Source of the DNA: an uncultured Candidatus Saccharibacteria bacterium
Lineage (GTDB): Bacteria; Patescibacteriota; Saccharimonadia; Saccharimonadales; JALRHH01
Assembly: GCA_964639295.1 (NCBI GenBank)
Contig: CAZXDT010000001.1
Coordinates: 1-50,783, forward strand
Direction of reading: 5' to 3'
DNA length: 50,783 bases
The notes under the pieces were generated by a model. The model had not been told where the DNA came from, did no database searches, and saw only the letters and a program-made list of their open reading frames with translations. The first letter of the stretch is position 1; every line of letters begins with the position of its first letter. The position numbers and the translations under genes were made by a program. Shown piece after piece: positions 34,116-41,618 of the stretch.

Positions 34116-34367
34116 ATGTGGCAAGATTACGCACTAACACTAGGGCTGATTGTATTTAATCTGGCATTAATCCCGGCAATTTTCTCTAAATACAAACCAC
34201 CACTTATTACTTCTATGCCAACTGTGGTCTTTCAGTATTTGTTTGCGGTCACATTCATTACCTTACACCTCTGGTTTTCAGCTGTTGGTAGTTTCATTAA
34301 CGGCACTCTATGGGGCATACTTGCTTACCAAAAATATAAAGGCAGGTCACGATCTAAGAAAAAATAG
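34116..34367 (+). CDS. small membrane protein (83 aa, about 3 TM helices)
   Basis: Three hydrophobic segments and a basic C-terminal tail. No motif recognised. Confidence 0.5.
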   Translation: MWQDYALTLGLIVFNLALIPAIFSKYKPPLITSMPTVVFQYLFAVTFITLHLWFSAVGSFINGTLWGILAYQKYKGRSRSKKK

Positions 34368-34418
34368 CTCAAAACGATTTATACAAGTACATAAAAGTTC
34401 AGTTGCTACAATAGGATC

Positions 34419-35171
34419 ATGATTATTACAGGATTTGGCGGAGAGATTGGTGCGGGCAAGTCAACGCTCGCACATGAGATCGAACGTTTGGAGCCAGAAA
34501 CCTTTCTTATTGAAAGTTGGCATCCAATTGGTGAAGTTGCCGATGCTTTTCATGAGCATATGCCCGCCCAAACCGGAAAAAATGAAATTGCCTGGCTAAA
34601 CAGGTGGCTAAAGGTACTGCCGACAATCCTTAGCGAGGTCGTTGGTACAGAATCCACTTACTCTCAACTTCGTTTCACTCAGTCTGATGTCGATGAAGAC
34701 TTTCCAAAGTTTGAAAAACTATTACTGCATGCGTCAAATTTGCTTAAAGATCCAGATCTTGCGATGCAAAAAATCACCGAAGATAATAAGAAAACCTACA
34801 GACCAATCCTACAGTGGCTCGGAGGCTACATGGTAAGCGAGGTTGCACCAACAATTTGGTACGACGAGATTGGGAGGCGAGTGGATGCCGCAAAACAAAG
34901 GGGTGCACCACTTGCGATAATTAACGGTGTTCGTTATGCATCAGACTTTAAAAGTGTGCACGCCATAGGTGGGGTAGTTGGTAGGCTAGTACGTCCAGAT
35001 CTTCCCGTTAAGGACGGTAATGACCCGACTGAGCGTGAACGTAATTCATGGAGGCCAGACTTTACTATCATCAATAACAATGAAGTAACAGATCTATTGG
35101 ATTTGGCTCCCATAATACTTGAAGACCTGAAATCAGATAGTATAAAGCCAACCTACATTACTGTAGACTAA
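34419..35171 (+). CDS. P-loop NTPase, dNMP-kinase-like (tentative)
   Basis: N-terminal Walker A MIITGFGGEIGAGKSTLA. TACAAT (34407-34412) lies 6 nt before the ATG and there is no usable SD, so the gene is probably leaderless. Confidence 0.45.
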   Translation: MIITGFGGEIGAGKSTLAHEIERLEPETFLIESWHPIGEVADAFHEHMPAQTGKNEIAWLNRWLKVLPTILSEVVGTESTYSQLRFTQSDVDEDFPKFEKLLLHASNLLKDPDLAMQKITEDNKKTYRPILQWLGGYMVSEVAPTIWYDEIGRRVDAAKQRGAPLAIINGVRYASDFKSVHAIGGVVGRLVRPDLPVKDGNDPTERERNSWRPDFTIINNNEVTDLLDLAPIILEDLKSDSIKPTYITVD

Positions 35172-35188
35172 CGCTCACTAACCTAAGA

Positions 35189-35794
35189 TCATTTCTTCCA
35201 GTCACCAGCGTTGAGGCGGTTACGTGAGCTGGTACGCCACCAATCATGAGGGTTAGATTCTTGCAGTTGTTCGTATATCTTTTTAGCAGTATCGGTATAT
35301 AACTTTTCTGATGCTCGCTTTCGAGTTTCAGCCTTATTTAGTTTAACGGTACTGCCTCGTGCTTCCTGTTCTGCTAGTTCAAAATCAACGTCAAGCGTAT
35401 CAGCGTCTTTTACTATCTTAGACTCAAGTGATTCGCGAGTCTCATACTCTTCCCAAAGTGCAAGAAACTCTTCCTTAATAGCAGTATCCTCTAGTATGTC
35501 CTGGATGGCCATATCCTCACTACGCTCGACATATTGCCTAGAAATATAGTCGACATCTCCGGCACGGCTTTCTGGTATGTCATGTAGCAATGCCAGTTTT
35601 GCGACTTTACCAGTATCAACTTCGCTTGATTCATGTTTCGCAAGTATCATAGCAATCCAAAAAACTCTGTAATGGTGCTCGGCGAGGTTTGCAGCATCAG
35701 TAAAATGAAATCTGCGCCACATCCTGTCTATTAGACGAATGTTACCCATTTCATATAAAAAGTTGATATCCCCAGTAAAGTCTTTTTTAGTCAT
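35189..35794 (-). CDS. HD-domain phosphohydrolase (YfbR-like 5'-deoxynucleotidase type)
   Basis: NLAEHHYRV ... LALLHDIPESRAGDVDY gives the H...HD...D metal-binding pattern. Confidence 0.7.
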   Translation of the reverse strand: MTKKDFTGDINFLYEMGNIRLIDRMWRRFHFTDAANLAEHHYRVFWIAMILAKHESSEVDTGKVAKLALLHDIPESRAGDVDYISRQYVERSEDMAIQDILEDTAIKEEFLALWEEYETRESLESKIVKDADTLDVDFELAEQEARGSTVKLNKAETRKRASEKLYTDTAKKIYEQLQESNPHDWWRTSSRNRLNAGDWKK

Positions 35795-35950
35795 GTTACA
35801 ACTTTAACAGATTTGCTCCTGCGAGGGGATTGTTTTAAGATATTAATAACGAAGATTAATTAAAGGATACTATGCAAGACGACACTACAGCTGACGGCTA
35901 CTACGACGAAGATGATTTAGGCAACGACGAGCTCGACCTGAGCTTCCTTG

Positions 35951-37114
35951 ATGACGACAAGAAGTAATAAACCCTTGCGCATAGGAATAGTTGTTCCGCA
36001 TATCTTTATGCAGGACGCATTATTACCTGACGTGATATTTTCTCCTGCCCAACTGGCACTTAGTCTAGCTGACGGGCTAGGGGGTCTTGGGGCCGAAGTA
36101 CACCTATATACCCCAGGGGCTGTTACCACTTCAGCCAACAACATTACAGCCGACCTAAGCCTGTTCCAGCAAGAGCTAGATGGTAGAGGTGATACCTATA
36201 TTGATCTACTCAAAAAGCACCCAGCGACATTCATTGCACTTGCCAGGCAAATTCACAGCGAACTCATAGCTAAAGCCTTTGCAGCTGCAAACAACAATGA
36301 ACTGGATGTCGTGCATATCTACACCAATGAAGAAGACATTGCTCTGCCATTTGCGCAGTTCTGTGAAAAGCCAGTCGTTTTTACACATCACGACCCGTTT
36401 AACTTCCTCGTACGCTACAAGAATAACTTTCCTAAGTACAAACATCTCAACTGGATTGCACTGTCAGAATCACAAAAAAAGAGCATGCCGGCTGATACAA
36501 ACTGGTTAGCGATCATTCACCATGGGTTACCGGTTAGCCAACTCACACCCATTAAAAACCCAACAAGTGACTACGTGGCCTATCTGGGACGTATTATTGA
36601 GCCAAAAGGCGTGCACTTGGCTATTGCCGCTGTACAAAAATACAATCAACAGAACGATACTCACCTTAAACTAAGGATTGCCGGCAAACATTACTCTGGC
36701 TATGCTAAGGATACTTATTGGGAAGATACTATTAAGCCCCAGCTCGGGCCAGATATTGAATACGTTGGTCACATAGCCACAGACGCTGACAAACAAGCCT
36801 TCTTAGGAAACGCAAAAGCCTTAATCATCCCGTCTATATTTGAAGAGCCGTTTGGCATGGTAATGATTGAATCTTTGGCTTGCGCTACTCCAGTAATTGG
36901 TCTCAACAGTGGCGCAATCAGTGAAGTTATTCAAGATCAAATTACGGGCATACTAGTAGAAAAGTCTGGTGATACTGTGGGAGCCTTAGCAAAGGCAATA
37001 AGCGACATCAACAAAATAGATAGATCAAAGTGCCGCTCTGATTTTGAGGCTCGCTTCACGGACAAAAGAATGTGCCAGGACTACTTATCGGCATACTTAA
37101 AGGTTATAGGATAA
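35951..37114 (+). CDS. family-4 (GT-B) glycosyltransferase
   Basis: C-terminal EPFGMVMIESLACATPVIG (E-x7-E motif) and N-terminal LRIGIVVPH. The start is ATG 35951. Confidence 0.75.
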   Translation: MTTRSNKPLRIGIVVPHIFMQDALLPDVIFSPAQLALSLADGLGGLGAEVHLYTPGAVTTSANNITADLSLFQQELDGRGDTYIDLLKKHPATFIALARQIHSELIAKAFAAANNNELDVVHIYTNEEDIALPFAQFCEKPVVFTHHDPFNFLVRYKNNFPKYKHLNWIALSESQKKSMPADTNWLAIIHHGLPVSQLTPIKNPTSDYVAYLGRIIEPKGVHLAIAAVQKYNQQNDTHLKLRIAGKHYSGYAKDTYWEDTIKPQLGPDIEYVGHIATDADKQAFLGNAKALIIPSIFEEPFGMVMIESLACATPVIGLNSGAISEVIQDQITGILVEKSGDTVGALAKAISDINKIDRSKCRSDFEARFTDKRMCQDYLSAYLKVIG

Positions 37115-37916
37115 CAAGATCTGTTTTGATGTGGGGATGTGACTCATAACCTTCTAGGACAAAGTTCTCTTCGGTGAAGTCATCAATGTTTTTAACATCA
37201 CCAACAATTTTGAGCTTAGGGAACGGATACGGCTTACGTGTTAGTTGTTCTTTTGCGCCGTCAATATGGTTCTTATATAGGTGAGCGTTACCAGCAGAAA
37301 TTATTAGCTCACGAGGCTCTGCACCGATAACATGTGCAACCATGTGTAGTAGTAATGCATACTGGGCAATGTTAAATGGAGCGCCAAGGAAGACGTCCCA
37401 ACTGCGCTGATATAAGTGTAGACGTAATTTACCCTTTGTTAAATCAAACTGGAACATGGTGTGGCACGGTGGCAGACGCATTTCTTTAAGTTCGCCAGCA
37501 TTCCAGGCGTTAACAATGATGCCCTTAGAATCTGGGTTGTTCTTGAGTTCATCAATAGCCCATTGCAATTGGTCAAACTCAGTACCATCAGGTCGTTGCC
37601 AATGACGCCACTGTACGCCATATACACGGCCGAGGTCATTAGAACCTTCATGTAAGAAACCATCCCAGTAGTGAATTTTGTGATCATGCAAATACTTCAC
37701 GTCACTGCTTCCAGAAATAAACCAGAACAGCTCATGCAACAAGATTTTAAATGGCATCTTCTTAGTTGTAAGTAATGGAAAGCCCGCCCGCATGTCAAAA
37801 CGCACTTGGGCGCCAAATATTGATTGAATTCCGTGAATACCACGGGTTGGCTTGCTACGACCATCTTTTAGGATGTCGACCATTAGTTTCAAATATTCAT
37901 ACTCTGGGTGTTTCAT
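37104..37916 (-). CDS. thyA: thymidylate synthase (ThyA type)
   Basis: It aligns without gaps to E. coli ThyA as I recall it: LHELFWF, YGVQWR, LPPCHTMFQF (catalytic Cys), YQRSWDVFLGAPFNIAQY and GNAHLY. Confidence 0.9.
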   Translation of the reverse strand: MKHPEYEYLKLMVDILKDGRSKPTRGIHGIQSIFGAQVRFDMRAGFPLLTTKKMPFKILLHELFWFISGSSDVKYLHDHKIHYWDGFLHEGSNDLGRVYGVQWRHWQRPDGTEFDQLQWAIDELKNNPDSKGIIVNAWNAGELKEMRLPPCHTMFQFDLTKGKLRLHLYQRSWDVFLGAPFNIAQYALLLHMVAHVIGAEPRELIISAGNAHLYKNHIDGAKEQLTRKPYPFPKLKIVGDVKNIDDFTEENFVLEGYESHPHIKTDLVIL

Positions 37917-37977
37917 AACATTATAAGTATACCGCTATATCTAGCTTTTACTCGTCGTAGTTTATACTGCATTTAGT

Positions 37978-38961
37978 ATGGATAAGAAGGTGCTCGACAG
38001 TGCGATGATGGCTTTTGGCTTGGCCAACTGCTCATTTGGTGTGCCTCAAAAGGGCTATAGAAACACCTCTTGGCCTGTAACAACCGAAAAGGGCGAGGTA
38101 TTTAACCTCATCCTCTACAAACGCGAGCCAGAAATTACAGCTATCATAAGGCACGCTAACAGTGCAGGTAAGCTGCTGCAAACTACTCTGCCTGCACGAG
38201 CACCCGTCGACAAGCGTATTCTGCAACTCAAGACTGCCAATACAGTGCGATTTGCTGGACTGTATAACTACTTACCAGGCCACACAATCCCATGGGAGGC
38301 ATATACCATGGATCACCTCAAATTGTTAGGTAAGACGATGAGTGATATGCACGCTGTCTGGAGTAGTAATGGAGTAGGATACCCAGACATAATTGACCAG
38401 CAACAAAAACTTGTTACTAGAATGGAGCAGTATTTTGCTCAGCAGGGTGTCCAAAAAGCTATGCGTGAAAAGTTGCAGATTGCTGACTTTTCACGAGTTT
38501 TCACGAGTTTTCACGAGATACTAACAGCATCAAGGCATATACCAGAGCAGCAGCTATTACACATGGATTTTGTTCGGGGGAATATTCTGTTTGATACGCA
38601 GTCTACGGAACCAGTTATTACGGGAATTATTGACTTCGAAAAGGCTGCACACGGCCCCGTACTATTTGATATCGCACGAACATTGGCATTTCTACTGGTA
38701 GATTGTAAATATAAGTCTGAGGAGAAAGTACGGAAATACTTCTTGAAATCTGGCTATCACAAACGTGGTAAACACCGTCTACAGCTAGTCACGATCAGTA
38801 AGGACGAAGACCTTCTTGAAGAACTAGTAAACCTGTTTCTGGTACATGATTTGTACAAGTTTATGCGCCATAACCCCTATGAGTCCCTAGGCCGTAACGA
38901 ACATTATGTCAGGACACGAGATTTACTTATAAACCGAGGTATCTTAACCTCTGTGGTGTAA
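37978..38961 (+). CDS. APH/choline-kinase-fold small-molecule kinase
   Basis: Brenner motif LLHMDFVRGNILFD and the metal-binding GIIDFEKAAHGP. Confidence 0.7.
   Translation: MDKKVLDSAMMAFGLANCSFGVPQKGYRNTSWPVTTEKGEVFNLILYKREPEITAIIRHANSAGKLLQTTLPARAPVDKRILQLKTANTVRFAGLYNYLPGHTIPWEAYTMDHLKLLGKTMSDMHAVWSSNGVGYPDIIDQQQKLVTRMEQYFAQQGVQKAMREKLQIADFSRVFTSFHEILTASRHIPEQQLLHMDFVRGNILFDTQSTEPVITGIIDFEKAAHGPVLFDIARTLAFLLVDCKYKSEEKVRKYFLKSGYHKRGKHRLQLVTISKDEDLLEELVNLFLVHDLYKFMRHNPYESLGRNEHYVRTRDLLINRGILTSVV
38488..38517 (+). repeat. perfect 3 x 10-bp tandem repeat (TTTTCACGAG) inside the kinase gene
   Basis: Read directly: TTTTCACGAG TTTTCACGAG TTTTCACGAG. The 30 bp are in frame and encode FSRVFTSFHE. 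Confidence 0.95.
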
Positions 38962-39017
38962 AATACTTCGTCACTTCTTACTAACAGATGGTAGAATAGA
39001 GCAAAACGGAGGGTAAT

Positions 39018-39575
39018 ATGAGTTCCAATTGGAAGAAGCGTTTGATTTCACAGAGTGACTTAATGACACTTCATGAAAAACTCAAGGAAAAAGATAAGAA
39101 AATCGTATTTACAGCTGGGTCATGGGATCTGTTACATGTTGGTCAGTGCCGTTATCTGGCAAAGGCAAAAGACGAAGGTGATATCTTAGTTGTTGGCGTT
39201 AGCAGTGATGAAGCAATCCGTAAAGTTAAAGGCCCAAACAAGCCAATCCTCGGCGACAAAATCCGCGCAGAAATGCTTACCCACATCCGTGAAGTAGACT
39301 TTGTGACTATTCTTCCCGAACCAAGTTGTACCCCTACGCTTGGACTACTCAAGCCTGATGTCTACATTACTGTTAAAGAAGACTGGACAGAGAACTACAA
39401 AGAGTCAAAAGAGTATAAGACGGTCATAAAGTATGGTGGTGAGGTACAGGTAGTAGAACGCCAATCAACCACACTTTCAACTACCAAGATTGTGCAACGT
39501 GCAATTGGTGGTCACCTTGGTGAAGTATTCAAAGACTTTGTGGAACTACGCAAAGAACCCCTGAAAGAGAAGTAA
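39018..39575 (+). CDS. cytidylyltransferase-family nucleotidyltransferase (TagD/RfaE-II/CCT-like)
   Basis: KIVFTAGSWDLLHVGQCRYL is an HxGH-type motif with the second His replaced by Gln. GVSSDE and RAEML...VDFV are also present. A GGAGGG SD is present. Confidence 0.75.
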   Translation: MSSNWKKRLISQSDLMTLHEKLKEKDKKIVFTAGSWDLLHVGQCRYLAKAKDEGDILVVGVSSDEAIRKVKGPNKPILGDKIRAEMLTHIREVDFVTILPEPSCTPTLGLLKPDVYITVKEDWTENYKESKEYKTVIKYGGEVQVVERQSTTLSTTKIVQRAIGGHLGEVFKDFVELRKEPLKEK

Positions 39576-40105
39576 TGGAGTTGTCTGCAGAAGACAAGAG
39601 AAAACAGGAACTATACCGTGATGCACGGTATACCGACCAGTACGACGGTATCTGGCAGAACACTGGTAAATGCGTCTTTTGTGATCTAAAGGACAAGTAT
39701 GTCATCTTTGAAGAAAACGGTATGGCCCTGACTATCACCGTGTTTGCGTACATTGATGGGCATATGATGATCATTCCACGCCGACACGTAAGAAGTATCA
39801 AGGAATTGACACCCGTAGAATGGGAAACCGTTCGTAAGATGAGCTATTTGGCTAAAAAACTCATCCGTAAAGCACATGGCGTTAAGGGTATGCAGTTTGT
39901 TCAAAAAGACGGTGCCGATGCACAGAGTACTGTTGAGCACTTACACTTTCACTGCATTCCATTTGACGGGCCTGACCTCAGTACTTGGCATTACCGTAAG
40001 CTTAAGAACACCCCACTAGAAAACGTCGGGCTGTATAAAGCCCAAGCAAAAACCATCGATAAGTTAGATCAAAAGTTTGGTGAAAAATACGGGGAAACCT
40101 CATGA
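39575..40105 (+). CDS. HIT-family nucleotide hydrolase/transferase
   Basis: Histidine triad HLHFHCIP and an N-terminal CVFC motif. There is a TAATG overlap with the upstream gene. Confidence 0.8.
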   Translation: MELSAEDKRKQELYRDARYTDQYDGIWQNTGKCVFCDLKDKYVIFEENGMALTITVFAYIDGHMMIIPRRHVRSIKELTPVEWETVRKMSYLAKKLIRKAHGVKGMQFVQKDGADAQSTVEHLHFHCIPFDGPDLSTWHYRKLKNTPLENVGLYKAQAKTIDKLDQKFGEKYGETS

Positions 40106-41064
40106 CTTTTGATTGGACAGACCTAGCCTTTGGGAGTAAAAAGCCACTTAAAGAGCTAAAAGCTACCTTTATTGTTGCCCCGAGGGATATCTCCATAAAT
40201 CGGCTCAAGCAGCTACTTAAAGAATATCTACCCAAAGGTAATATCGTACTCGGAATATCTAAAGAAAAGCATGTTGTTGGGTTTGAAGATCAACCACAAT
40301 TCAGGATGCTACAACAGAGTGATGTTCAGAACATTGTCGACCAAGTCGCTGCATCTAAAAGTCCAAACAAACTATACACACTCGTATATTCACAGAGAGA
40401 GTTGGCCTATATCTTTGAAAAGGTGTCTTTCCGGGAGGTACTACTGGTGAACGGTTCATGGCACAACTCATTTCATACCACCGCTGCCTTTTATGCACTA
40501 GTAAAAGCTCAAACGCCATTCATGTATGTATCAGCTTTTTGCGATGAAAAGGAAGCAAGAGCATACGAGGTAGCAGCTGATAAACTTATCCCAAAAATCA
40601 CTATTAATAAGCCCAATAAATACACTGAAGCGGAGCTGCTAACTACTACAAACAAAGTTGCTAAAGCATCGTATGACTTCACGTTCCAAATTGGTGTTGT
40701 GTTAGCGAAACAAACTGGCACCACGTACCAATTACTAGATTGGGCGTTTAATAAAGTTGTTCCGTATCAGACCTACGCGATGCTCAATGGCGCCTCAAGG
40801 GAGCAAAACTTCTCACCACCGAATGATCTCAACCACTATGACACCGTACATGCCGAAACAATGCTCGTTATCAATGCCGCACAGCAAGAAACTGACCTAA
40901 GTGGGGCAAGTTTGTTTATCAACGTATTGCCGTGCCCAACGTGTGCACGAATGTTGAGCCAGACCGATATAGCAGAAGTCGTATATACTCAAGATCACTC
41001 GGACGGATACGCTGTTAAAATGCTTGAACAAAGTGGTAAAAAGGTAAGGAGGGTTGTCATATGA
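40102..41064 (+). CDS. dCMP/cytidine deaminase domain fused to an uncharacterised ~185-aa N-terminal domain
   Basis: The C-terminal zinc motifs are HAETMLV and PCPTCARML. The N-terminal half has no recognised motif. There is an ATGA overlap with the HIT gene. Confidence 0.7.
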   Translation: MTFDWTDLAFGSKKPLKELKATFIVAPRDISINRLKQLLKEYLPKGNIVLGISKEKHVVGFEDQPQFRMLQQSDVQNIVDQVAASKSPNKLYTLVYSQRELAYIFEKVSFREVLLVNGSWHNSFHTTAAFYALVKAQTPFMYVSAFCDEKEARAYEVAADKLIPKITINKPNKYTEAELLTTTNKVAKASYDFTFQIGVVLAKQTGTTYQLLDWAFNKVVPYQTYAMLNGASREQNFSPPNDLNHYDTVHAETMLVINAAQQETDLSGASLFINVLPCPTCARMLSQTDIAEVVYTQDHSDGYAVKMLEQSGKKVRRVVI

Positions 41065-41561
41065 ATGTGATTCTAATAGCTGCGATTACGGCTGATGGGT
41101 TTATTGGTAGGTCAAGTGGCCACGCCGCTGACTGGACAAGCAAAGAAGACAAACAGCTGTTTGTAAAAGTCACCAAAGAAGCCGGCACGATAATAATGGG
41201 TTCTAAAACATTTGAAACAATCGGCAGGGCATTACCTGACCGTCGTATGATTGTCCTAACATCTAGGCCGGACGAATACACTGCCGATGACGTAGAGTTC
41301 ACAAACGAACCCCCGAAAATACTTATGACACGCCTAGAATCGGAAGGTATAAAAAGCCTAGTTGTCTGCGGTGGTGCGCAAATCTACCATGCTTTCATGG
41401 AGGCCAACTTGGTGGATGAGTTGTATTTGACGGTTGAGCCAGTCCTATTTGGCACAGGCGTAACACTGTTTGCCGGTGAACTAGATAGTAAGTTGCAACT
41501 TACAGAAACTCAAAAACTAAATGAAAACGTGGTATTACTACGGTACAAAATCTTGCGCTAA
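41061..41561 (+). CDS. dihydrofolate reductase (RibD C-terminal-domain type)
   Basis: MNVILIAAITADGFIG...IIMGSKTFETIG...VVCGGAQIY pattern. There is an ATGA overlap with the deaminase gene. Confidence 0.7.
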   Translation: MNVILIAAITADGFIGRSSGHAADWTSKEDKQLFVKVTKEAGTIIMGSKTFETIGRALPDRRMIVLTSRPDEYTADDVEFTNEPPKILMTRLESEGIKSLVVCGGAQIYHAFMEANLVDELYLTVEPVLFGTGVTLFAGELDSKLQLTETQKLNENVVLLRYKILR

Positions 41562-41618
41562 GCACTTTTGTGTGACTAAATAAGATAAATAACGGGTGGG
41601 CATTAGCAGAGGGGAAAC

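Noticed and set aside
34116-34367. The 83-aa 3-TM protein as a SemiSWEET transporter.
   Set aside because: The topology and size fit, but the PQ-loop motif is absent (LIPAIFSKYKPP), so I kept it as a generic small membrane protein.
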